Of a DNA stretch of 64,000 bases, positions 1-11,000 are shown piece by piece (positions within the stretch are counted from its first letter, which is position 1; the number at the start of each line of letters is the position of its first letter). The notes beneath the pieces are model-generated. The model saw only the letters and a list, made by a program, of their open reading frames with translations, was not told the DNA's origin and made no database searches. The position numbers and the translations under genes are program-made. Source of the stretch: Takakia lepidozioides (taxonomy: Eukaryota; Plantae; Bryophyta); contig CM060732.1 in assembly GCA_030704615.1 (NCBI GenBank), forward strand, positions 22,630,001 through 22,694,000, given 5' to 3'.

Positions 1-1343
1 TTCCATTGCATGGTACGGGTCCTTGGGATCAACCACCCCCTTGTTCTTTCTCACGGATCCCCTACCATGCGGTGGAGTCTGCTGGACATGCACCACTGGG
101 CCAATATCTGCAACACTTGGCTTGTCTGGCTTGTTATAATGGTTTTTTTTATCTCCAGGAGAAACTGCGATCCGAATGATGGGTCGGCAATTCTCAACTG
201 CTTCACAAAAGCACTCATTATAGTCCTTCTTGTAGCGGTCATCTCTTTCTTGATGTGACTCTCAACCCCCTTTGCTGTCCTTCTCTCCTCAGGGTTGAGC
301 TGTAGTATTCCAGTTTGCCACGCTCCCCTGCATCTGCAATGTCTTGCTGCAAGGGAATGCACGAGAGTTGCATCAACCCAAGGTCAAGGGAAACAAACAG
401 AAACAAACATGTGGAAGCAGGAATATGGAAAGGCCAGATGAAGGAAGATGTATCTCACCGTGTACATGTACTCCATGAAAGCCTCACGGGTCAACGAGTA
501 CCACGTTTCCGATGTCTTGGAGCTTTCGCACTTCTTGTACGTCTTTGCTGAAAGGATGGTCTTGAAGTTGGTCAAGGGCATCTGCCCGATCCTTTGTATC
601 CTATACAGTGTGTGAACAAGACTCGTTTTGACATGCGATGTCTCCGTCCCTCTGCAGAATGATATCTGAAAGTCAGAATGAAATTCAAGGACTTGAATCA
701 AAGAACCACGGAACCACAAGTGGAACATGTAGAATGAGAAACCAACCTGTTCACATCATTCATTGCCGTCAGAAGACCCATCATGTTCCCGTCACAATCC
801 AGCACCATCGATCGAACAGAGTAATGCCACTCTTCCTCCTGTGAGTGCAGCCTCCCAATGACAGCCATCCATGCAAGCAACCGGTGGTTGCCATCCTAAA
901 CGTGAAACATCTTCCCTGAGAATGCCCGGGTGGAAGGTTTCGTGGAGAGAAGAAGTTCGAAGGATTCGTTCACCTGTCTCCAAATGGGATCCCAGGAGTC
1001 CACGATTGACTCATCCACAAGGAGCTCATTGCCTCTGGAATCCTTTGTAGAAAGGTAAAAGACTGCGGATCCATCCAAATACCCATGAACAAACTCGGCC
1101 TCCAGCTTGAGAATGTCCTTGATGAGGGGTGGACGAACGACGGGCATGGAAACCAACCTACACAGGGGAATCTTCAACCTCCCACCCGGGGCAAGCATAC
1201 TTTGCACCACAAGCTGAGAGTTTACCTTCTGACCCCCCAGCATCTCAGCGGCTTTGCTTTCATAGAACTCATCGTCAACATCAACAATGATCTCCTTCCC
1301 CTGCCCCGAAGGGATCTCCTCCGCCACACTTTGCATCTTCTCC
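1..1343 (-). pseudogene. ParB/Srx-domain + amino-methyltransferase-like family gene, copy 1 (N-terminal exons only; runs off the window start)
   Basis: The exons read IPLCRLVSMPVVRP...FSGKMFHV*DGNHRLLAW...LLTAMNDVN, then GTETSHVKTSLVHTLYRIQ...YMYT, then MSAFVKQLRIAD. They are colinear with 32820-34250 and share GT-AG intron positions. A TAG replaces W at 896-898. Confidence 0.75.
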
Positions 1344-1461
1344 TGCAGGGTTGTTCATTCAAATTGTTATAAGAGAGAGGCATGAAACGATGGTGTTTGA
1401 GCATGGCAGACAGGCCATGTGTGGCCAAATTTCTCACCAGAAAACAAGCATTGTGGGGGCC

Positions 1462-2560
1462 GAAAACACCGTGCGTTGCCGCACAATGTTTCAGCTTCCA
1501 AATTCAAGTGTTTTGAACATGATATTTGGCCCTATTCAGATGAAAAAAGCAATGACAAGGTGGGCTCAAACAGTGTGCGTTGACGCACACTGTTTGAGCT
1601 GCCTGGTAAGTGTGCATTGAACCTCAAAGACATGCCCCATGATGCTGAATTTCACAAGAAAAAAACAATGACAAGGTGGACTCAAACAGTGTGCGTTGAC
1701 GCACACTGTTTGAGCTGCCACGTAAGTGTTCATTGAACCTCAAAGACATGCCCTCAGTGGCCGATTTTCAGATTAAAAAAAGAAAGAAAAGGTGAGCTCA
1801 AATAGTGTGCGTTGACGCACACTGTTTGAGCTGCCAGGTAAGTGTTCCTTGATCCTCACAGACGTACCCTGTGTTGCCGAAAATCACAGGAAAAAAAACA
1901 ATGACAAGGTGGGCTCAAACAGTGTGCGTTGACGCACACTGTTTGAGCTGCCAGGTAAGTGATGATTGATCCTCAAATACATACCCTATGTGGCCGATTT
2001 TCAGATGAGAAAGGCAATGACAAGGTGAGCTCAAACAGTGTGCGTTGACGCACACTGTTTGAGCTGCCAGGTAAGTGATGATTGATCCTCAAATACATGC
2101 CCTGTGTGGCCGATTTCAGATGACAAAGTGTTCATTGTTCCTCACAGACATGCCCTATATTGCCGAATTTCACAGGAAAAAAACAGTGACAAGGTGGGCT
2201 CAAACAGTGTGCGTTGACGCACACTGTTTGAGCTGCCTGGTAAGTGTTCATTGATCATCAAATACATGCCCTTTGTGGCCGATTTCCAGATGAAAAAAAC
2301 AATGAGAAGGTGGGCTCAAACAGTGTGCGCCAATGCACACTGTTTGAGCTGCCAAGTAAGTGTTCATTGATCCTCAGAGACAAGCCCTATGTGGCCGATT
2401 GTCAAACGAAAAAAACAATGACAAGGTGAGATCAAACAGTGTGCGTTGACGCACACTGTTTGAGCTGCCAGGTAAGTGATGATTGATCCTCAAATACATG
2501 TCGTTTGTGGCCGTTTTTCAGATGAAAAATCAATGAGAAGGTGGCCTCAAACAGTGTGCA
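1462..2560. repeat. ~116-bp tandem array; each unit carries the 36-bp palindrome GCTCAAACAGTGTGCG-TTGA-CGCACACTGTTTGAGC
   Basis: Palindromes start at ~1462 (degenerate), 1565, 1681, 1797, 1914, 2030, 2199, 2315 and 2431, with a half-site at 2546. Spacing is 115-117 bp apart from the first gap and one 169-bp unit. Confidence 0.95.
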
Positions 2561-4255
2561 CCTCAATGGGAGAAACTGAGAGCACTTACCATGCAATCCG
2601 GGCTTGGTGGTTCTCCTATGGTGCTGCTACTGGTATCCACCTGAAGGAGTTGGAGGACTGGTTGGTTTTCTGGCACTTCAGGTACAGACAGTGGGGAGCT
2701 TTCATGACGACGGTAAGCCTCTTTAATCCCAAAAACACAAATTTTGCATCGTGCCTGTTCATTTGGGGTTCTTGGATTGTCGCTTGCAGAACCTCTTCCA
2801 TTTCTTTTCGTTCCTCACATTTCCATGCAATGCCTCCTACAGGACATGTCCTTGGAGGACTTGGCCGACATGCCATACTGTAATTTGGCGGAGATTGTTT
2901 ACAACGCCTGGATGCAGCAATCTACCAAAGCAGGTCGTGACTTGTATGTGGCCACTACTGATGACATGGTGCGGGCACTTACACAACAAACCAGGTACCG
3001 CAATTTTCTGATGGGACGGGGTGGAGGCAAAGGCCCCGATACGACTTTGTTGATGCTAAGGGCTGCGAGTAGGTCCGGAGACCCATCGAAGATGGCCAGA
3101 GCTCTGAACAGGTTCACTAAAGGCTCCCCTTTGCAATCCAGGCTCCCTCATTAGGAAGGCGAGGAAAGATTTGGATCATGCAAAAGGAAATTGAACACTC
3201 TTCCAGGGTCAGATGGAGATTCCCATCGCCCAGACAGGGTCAATTTCTCTGTGCCAAAGGTGTCTCCAGTGCAGAGTAAGTCGTGTGCCAGCCCCTTCCC
3301 AGGTGGGTCCTCCTCCAGTGGAGCAGGTGCAGAACATGCAAGCACAACAACAGGAATCCCATTGGAGGAGGTGGTGGCCATGGTGCATGAATCTGATTGC
3401 ATTGATAGTGAGTGGCATATAGAACGCACCCCACCAGGATCTAGAGTTGCTTGCATGGCAATTCGGACCCCCTCTTTCAAGAAATGCAAATCAAAAATAT
3501 GCAAAGGCTCCACGGGGACTCCAGCTCCAACATTCACAGGGTTGTTCCGACCTTATCATAGTGGGGAGTCAAAGGACCACAAGTTCTGGTTCTGCCCAGA
3601 TGATATGGCACGATGCATCAAGGGAACAGTTCGTCCTTCGGTGATAATGAAACCCCCTCCCCCCGCAATTTGGCCTGTGAAACTTGGGACGTCGCTGTCA
3701 ACAACCGAGATAAGCATGCTGGAGGAGGGAGGGTTTTGTCTTGCACGGTCCCGGGTGGTGCCCTTGTGCACTGTCGGCACAGATGTGCCACATGCTCCGG
3801 CAATGCCTCCACCCGGTGCTAACTCCCACCCAACAAAAAGAGATGGAAAAACAGTGCGCCGTGTCACTTCGGGTGCAGATCACGAATGCAAGATGGAATC
3901 GGCTAGAATTTTGCAGGCTCGGGTGGCTCGTATCACCGAAGTCCCTGCCCCAGGGTATGGACGGATTTACACAGTGCTGTCTATTGGCTCAGTTCTTCAT
4001 GGCAAAGAATATCAGGTTACCGTGGGGAATTTCCCTACTTGCACTTGTCCGGATTTTGTAACGATGCGTGAGGGCGCTCTCGGCATGAGAGGGAAGTGGG
4101 TCCCCTGCAAGCATCAATATTACATATACCTTGTAATTATGTGTTGCGACGGTAAGAGAGACCAATTCATTCACCAAGCCACACTAGGCTACGGAGAAGT
4201 CATCACCCTTCTGCAGCGGGACACCTCACGTAGGGCTCCGCCAAATTCTCTTTGA
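2561..4255 (+). pseudogene. 5'-truncated SWIM zinc-finger transposase-like gene (MULE/KDZ-Zisupton-like C-terminal half)
   Basis: Contains a Trp-rich segment WLVFWHFRYRQWG and an intron at 2713-2842. CNLAEIVYNAW resembles the TNNxxExxN motif around the catalytic Glu. There is an in-frame TAG at 3152-3154, a Cys-rich middle region and a SWIM motif CTCPDF...CKH. Confidence 0.6.
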
Positions 4256-4273
4256 ACACATACGAGCCATGCC

Positions 4274-5371
4274 TGTCGCGCGGCTTTTACTCACCCATCC
4301 CTTCGCTATCCGAGGCGGAAACTCCAAGATAGAAGAGTTGGAAATCTCTAAGTACTCAGCCCGCGCAGAACAATCAGTCATGACCTACAGCTAGTGTATC
4401 ATGGGGGTGTTTCCTATTTGTTTCCCTTTCCGCATTCATCTTAGCTACCTTACCATTGATAATTAAGTATCAGTTTGCTTCATCAATCTATCGGTTTCCT
4501 TCACTCATCCATTCAATCCACAGCTTCTCTCAGATCTCTCTACACAGTGTGATTGTATCGTATAAGTATCAGATTATGATTTATCAGGTATCAGGCCGAA
4601 GCCATTATGTCTCTAATCTGCTCTCCAATATCACTACAGCTTTGCATATAACAAGCATCTACTAATCCTCTTTTCTCCATCTCTTGCCTCCGATCTCCGC
4701 TCCAGCCTGACTCCCAAGTCCTCCCCGAATAATGATCATCCTCTTTCATTCCCCGTTTCTCCCTTTATCCTCCTATCCGCGGTTCTAACCGTTTCCCTCT
4801 CTAACCGTCGTCTGTGAACTAACATGTTCCCTTCGCAGGTGTTGTTCCCCATAGTCGTTCCCTGTCCTACTCTTCGTTCCCTATGATCGTGACCGCTGTG
4901 TCAAGCTGTGACTGGCTGTGTGAAACTGTGACGGGCTGTGACTGGCTGTGCGACTGTGTTTGGCTGTGTCGGGCTGTGACTGGCTGTGTCGGCTGTGTCG
5001 GGCTGTGATTGGCTGTGTGGGCTGTGACGACTGTGACGGGCTGTGTTGGCTGTGACGACTGTGACGGGCTGTGTTGGCTGTGTTGGCTGTGTCGGCTGTG
5101 ACTGGCTGTGTGGGCTGTGAGGACTGTGACGGGCTGTGTTGGCTGTGACGACTGTGACGGGCTGTGTTGGCTGTGTTAACTGTGACGACTGTGACGGGCT
5201 GTGTTGGCTGTGTGGGCTGTGACGACTGTGACGGGCTGTGACGACTGTGTAACCCCCCTCTACAGTGCGCTGCTGTCACCCTTAAGGCTCCTGTTGGTCT
5301 CAGTCTGTGCAAAATTAAGGGTACCCTACAGATCCCGTATAAGTGTCTAAGTCCCCTACAGTCCTCTAACA
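4274..5371 (-). repeat. 3' LTR of outer element
   Basis: Reverse complement of the TGTTAGAGGAC...CCGCGCGACA LTR; a PPT is adjacent. Confidence 0.95.
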
Positions 5372-5408
5372 TTACCCCTTCCCCCTCAAAAAGCCGTGTC
5401 CTCACGGT

Positions 5409-6385
5409 TTACTGTTTCCGATTAGCAAACCTTTGTGAGTGAGCACCTTGTTGACGTTGAGAGTTTCGTGGTGGGCTGTGTGTACAAGCCCGAGGTCTGT
5501 CTCTGGTTGACGGAGATGGTTGATCACTACCTGGATAAGTGAGGCCTTCTGGAGGCTGATATCGAGGTAATCTTTCCGGCATAGGAGATCCCCTTTGTTT
5601 CTTCTCTTCCATCTGAATTGCATAGTCTTCTCCCATGTCAAAAGAATTCTGTGAAGAAACAGTTGTATCAGAATCCTCATCGCCTCTCAGGTGTTTTAAT
5701 TTTCGAACTTTTTGTGGAATCATCTGGGGCATACAATGCTGTCCTACCATGTCGGGAAGTTTGTATTTTACAACTTGGTGTAACCGCTGAACAGCAAAAT
5801 TGGTGTAGGCACTGAGCTCCTTGTCTGTCCAGATGAGTGGGGTACCAATTACTGGTGCAGCGTGCAAGTACTTCCATGCCACATGTCCCTTATAGAAAAT
5901 GTCATCAAGTCCGAATTTCTGTGTTGACAAATGGTTGCAGGCTGCTTGAAACCATGAACGAATTTGAGAATCTTTCTGCATCATAACTTTTGGGTCATAT
6001 AGGTACATATGAGGTGGCACCGAAGGTAATACCCAATAATCTCCACTGGAGTAACTTTGAAAGCGTGTTTGCATCTTTTGTTGCTCAATGTGGTAACGTA
6101 CCAGAAAACAAGCAGCGTAGTATAGCCCGCACCCCATGACAATACTTGCTATCTCCTTGGTCTTGGTATAAATGAGTCCATGTACAACCTGGAAAGCAAC
6201 CAATTCCCTCAACATGGTACCTGCCTCGTGCCAGTATTGTGCAAAGTGATGATCTTCAATATGTCGATTGTTTGGAAGAACTTTAGTCCTAGTTGCCACT
6301 GGCAGCCAAATACGCATGATTTGGTAGTAATGTGCGAATGACTGCGGAGGACTAAATTCTTTCCAAGCCAAATCCAACATGATGG
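5409..6385 (-). pseudogene. 3' part of the outer element's extra ORF3, cut off by the nested insertion
   Basis: MLDLAWKEF...RFANRKQ is nearly identical to the C-terminus of ORF 15000-18722. The remainder of the ORF resumes at 19853. Confidence 0.9.
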
Positions 6386-7487
6386 TGTTAGAGGACTGTA
6401 GGGGACTTAGACACTTATACGGGATCTGTAGGGTACCCATAATTTTTGCACAGACTGAGACAAACAGGAACCTTAGGGGTGACAGCAGCGCACTGTAGAG
6501 GGGGGTTACATAGCCCACACAGCCGACACAGCAGTCACAGCCCACACAGCCGTCACAGCCCACACAGCCAACACAGCCCGTCACAGTCGTCACAGCCCAC
6601 ACAGCCGACACAGCAGTCACAGCCCACACAGCCAACACAGCCCGACACAGTCGTCACAGCCCACACAGCCCGTCACAGTCGTCACAGCAGACACAGCCCA
6701 CACAGCCAGTCACAGTCGTCACAGCCCACACAGCCCACACAGCCCGTCACAGTCGTCACAGCAGACAGCCCACACAGCCAGTCACAGCCCGGCACAGCCA
6801 CACAGCCAGTCACAGCCCGACACAGCCAAACACAGCCAGTCACCGTTTGACACAGCTGTCACGATAATAGGGAACGAAGAGTAGGACAGGGAACGACTGT
6901 GGGGAACAACACCAGTGAAGGAAACATGTTAGTTCACATACGACGGTTAGAGAGGGAAACGGTTAGAACCGCGGATAGGAGGATAAAGGGAAGAACGGGG
7001 AATGATGAGGGGATCATTATTATCATTATTTGGGGGAGGACTTCGGAGTCAGGCGGGAGCGGAAGTCGGTGAGCACGATGAAGGAGGAAAGAGGATTAAT
7101 AGATGCTTGTTATATGCAAAGCTGTAGGGATATTGTAGAGGAGAATAGAGACACAATGGCTTCGGCCTGATACCTGATAAATCATAATCTGATACTTATA
7201 CGATACAATCACACTGTGTAGAGAGATCTGAGTGAAGCTGTGGATTGAATGGAGGAGTGAAGGAAACCGATAAATTGATGAAGCAAACTGATACTTAATT
7301 ATCAATGGTAAGGTAGCTAAGATGAATGCGGAAAAGGAAACAAATAGGAAACACCCCCATGATACACTAGCTGTAGGTCATGACTGATTGTTCTGCGCGG
7401 GCTGAGTACTTAGAGATTTCCAACTCTTCTATCTTGGAGTTTCCGCCTCGGATAGCGAAGGGATGGGTGAGTAAAAGCCGCGCGACA
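6386..7487 (+). repeat. 5' LTR of inner element, with a ~350-bp CACAGCC/GTCACAG compound microsatellite
   Basis: TG..CA ends; near identical to 18761-19852. Confidence 0.95.
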
Positions 7488-8075
7488 TTTGGCGACCATA
7501 CTGGGGACCTGGGACATGAACAACCAGATGTGACAGGCATCTGGTGGGATCATGGTGGTTGGACCATTAAAGAATTTGAAGTGAATCAAATTCCCTGTGG
7601 AACGAAGGAAGAAAGATTGTCCAAACAATTCTTTCAAAGGTTCTTGGAATTGCCAGACGGATGTAAAGAAAATATTCTTAAACGAGTGCATGATGCTGAT
7701 CCAGAATGGGGTCTGGAGAAAGGAGTGATAAAGATTTATCAGGTAGCCTGTAGAGGAAGAGCACGTTGGTTACCAACATTAGTTTATGTGATAGCGTTGC
7801 TATCCATTAAACGAGTAGAGTTTGAAGGCTGGGAAGAAAGAAAGGTGAATGTTTATACTCATATGCATGAAGAGCTTGTACTGGTAAAGAATTGGATTCC
7901 AAAGGATATTTTGTGGATCAAACTCACACCAAGAACAGCTTTTCAGACTTGTTTGCCATATGGTTATATGGTAACGGAGACTTCAAGTATAGCCAAGGGT
8001 GCATTGAAGCTTGAAAGAAATCCAGGCATATACGAGAGATATTACAGAAGAGAGTTTTGGTTATTGCCACATTAA
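7380..8075 (+). CDS. Extra 5' ORF (ORF0) of the LTR element, function unknown
   Basis: A 231-aa ORF whose ATG lies in the LTR and which ends just before gag. The same sequence occurs, frameshifted, at 29465-30158. Confidence 0.55.
   Translation: MTDCSARAEYLEISNSSILEFPPRIAKGWVSKSRATFGDHTGDLGHEQPDVTGIWWDHGGWTIKEFEVNQIPCGTKEERLSKQFFQRFLELPDGCKENILKRVHDADPEWGLEKGVIKIYQVACRGRARWLPTLVYVIALLSIKRVEFEGWEERKVNVYTHMHEELVLVKNWIPKDILWIKLTPRTAFQTCLPYGYMVTETSSIAKGALKLERNPGIYERYYRREFWLLPH
7490..7507 (+). promoter_or_regulatory. Primer-binding site (TGGCGACC..., probably tRNA-Arg type)
   Basis: A TGG-initial sequence 2 nt after the LTR end, conserved in the outer copy. The tRNA identity is from memory and is not verified. 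Confidence 0.7.
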
Positions 8076-8096
8076 AAGAAATGAAAGACATGGGAC

Positions 8097-11000
8097 ATGA
8101 GTGATGAAAGAGAAGCTAGACGACAAAGATATTCATCAAAAAGAGAAAGCTATCTGAAAGCTAATTATCCATATCTTTGGGAGAGAGGAATAGACATAGG
8201 GGAATCATCTGGACCTCTCACACCATCAAGATCAAAAAGTGCATCACCTATACCGGAAGAACTAGAGTTGGATGCCACTCCTTCTGTTTCTTTGCAAGAA
8301 AGATTAAGGGAATTGGTACAGGAAGAAGATCAATCACGAGGTGAAAGATCTGAGGTACATCCTTGGATAAAAGACTTGACAGAAATCTTTGATAAGAGTT
8401 GGCATGGAACACCAAAAGCAGGAACTCCAGTTTCTGAAGCAGAAGATGAAGAAGGAGATGAGGATGTGGCAGAGCCAACGGAGAGTTCAGACTCTCCAAC
8501 ACCATTACAGTTGAGTTACATGAGTGAAGAAGAAACCCAAGGGCAGAACTTGGAGGATGAAAACAGAGAGAAGAAATTAGAAGAGGAAGAATATGAAGAA
8601 GTAGACCCAACAGCTGAGGTTGAGACTACAACCAGGACATCCCAACCCGTTGGACCTGGATCAAGTGGAGCACTTGGATCACAGGCCAACGAAGGTGTCG
8701 GCTCAGGGGGATCAGGCGGGCTGCCTGGATCTGGCTCTGGGGGGACAGGGAGTGTGGGAAGTAGTGCAACTGAAGCTGGGAATACTGTGAATATCGTGGG
8801 GCCAGAAGCAGGGAGTGCTCAAGGGCCACCACTTGGTGGAAGATCCACCACAAAAACAACAGGTCCAGAAGGACCAGCACCAGCAAGGGTGCCAGCACCT
8901 GTCAGTGGGCAGAAGGTAGGGCCACAGATGGCGTTACAACCAACACGGGCAAAACCACCCTTTCCAATATATTCAGGAAAAGGGGATCCCGATGTACACA
9001 TTAGCCAATTTGAGCACATGTGTATAGTGAACAATGAGAATGGCGATGATGCCAAGATGAGACTGTTTCCTTGTTCACTTATCAAGAAAGCAAGTGAATG
9101 GTATGCAAGATTCCCTGATAATCATTTCCTAACCTGGAATGGCTTGAATACAGCATTTCGAAATAGGTTCAGGACAAGTAAAACTGAGGATGAAGTGTAT
9201 GGAAGTTTACAACAGCTGAAGCAGAAGAAGCATGAAACTGTTGAAGAGTATATGGAGAAGATGGAATTGATGATGAAAAAGCTGGCTGCAGTACCAGCAC
9301 CCGGTTTACAGAAGACTTGGTTTGTGAGTGGACTAAGACCAGAGTTGCAGAAGAAAGTGGATATGTTACCCCATAATACAGTGGAGGAGGCATTTGAAAC
9401 TGCAAACAGAATTGAGCAATTGGGAATGCTCAGGAGAGAGAAAAAGGAAGATGAGGACTCTGAAGATGAGTCAGATGAAGAAGAAGAGCAAGAACTAAAA
9501 AGAAAGAGTAAGAGAAAGGAAAAGTTGAAGAGGGATAACTATGAGAAAAGATTGGAAGAAATCTTGAAGAAGTATGCCACAGAGGCTGCAACACATTGGA
9601 GGAAGGGTGTATGGTGTGCAAAGTGCCAGAATGAAGGCCATACCACTACAGAATGCCACATGAAGGAGAAACACTGTACTATCTGTAAAATGGATAACCA
9701 TTCTACTGAGAATTGTTACTACAACAGAAGGACAGCTGCAAGAGAACCTAGGCAAGTGAGGGTGCATCAGGTGCAGCCCCAGCCAAGAAGAAGCAATGAT
9801 CAGGACCACTATGGTAGGTCTGGTGGTTATAACAATGGCATGGAAGGGAGAGGTAATTCAAGAGGGAATTACCAAGGAAATTCCAGAGGCAACTATCAGG
9901 GTAATCCAAGGGGGAATTACCAGCCCGGGAATCAGGATTATAGAAATAATCCAAGACCAGACCAAGGGCGAGGACCCAATGGTGAAGAGCTATGTTACTA
10001 TTGTAATCAGCCAGGACATCGCAAGGCAGCCTGTTCATTCTGGATAAGACACCAGAATGAGATGAGAGCTCCTGTGAATGAGGGCCCAGTGGTGGCAGCT
10101 CACATGGTTAGGCCATGTGTTGTACCAGAAGTAAGTACAATGATAGTAACAAGAAGTAAAGCCAAACTAATACCTCCAGTAGAAGAGGAAGAAGATGAGA
10201 CTGGAAGTGGCAATGATATGCCTGAAGATGAAGAGACTTGGAAGGATGAGAAGGAACTGCACAAGGAAGTGGCAGATACTATAAGGGAAATGCAAAAGAG
10301 TACTGATATTCCTGTGGCAGATTCCTCTGATTCGGATGGAGAAAAAGAGGGGAGTGAGGAAGAAAGGAAAAAAGAAGATGCAGACATGCAAAGTAATGAA
10401 GAGACTTTGGCTGAAGTAATATGTCAGACCAAAGCAGAAATTACCATTGGACAGCTATTAGCTGTGGCACCTTATTGTAGGCACAGGCTGTATCAGGCAA
10501 TCAATCGAATTGCCCAAGAGACAGGAAACACAGACCTGAACAGCAAGGTGACCAGTTATAATGTGAAGCCGGAAGGGCGAGAACCAGTCATGGACTTTGA
10601 TGATTCTATGCCAGTAATCCAATTGAGAATTGGAAGCACAGAACTAACTGATGTACTGATAGATGGTGGTTCTGGAGTAAATATCATGACAGACCAATTA
10701 AGGAAGAAGCTTGGTCTAAGTAACATGAAACCAGCCCCATTTACAGTAACAATGGCAGATCAAAGAAGTGTACAGCCATTGGGATTAATAAGAGGAGTTA
10801 AGATACAGATACAGAAAATGATCTTTATGATCACAGTAACTGTATTAAAAATGGATGAAGTCATGGAGGCTTACTCCTTATTATTGGGACGTCCGTGGCT
10901 GAAACAGGCCAGGGTATTCCATGACTGGAATTCTCAGTTACTAACTGTGCATAATGGGATGCACGAGATACAAATTACCACAAAGAAATCTAGTAGATTA

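Noticed and set aside
1595-2480. Repeated CAGGTAAGT splice-donor consensus next to each palindrome
   Set aside because: It is carried along by tandem duplication, lies antisense to the ParB gene and is absent from array 2. There is no evidence it is used.
4881-5405. His/Ser/Gln/Pro-rich ORFs (also 6446-6850, 18821-19234, 30673-31059)
   Set aside because: They are translations of the LTR microsatellite.
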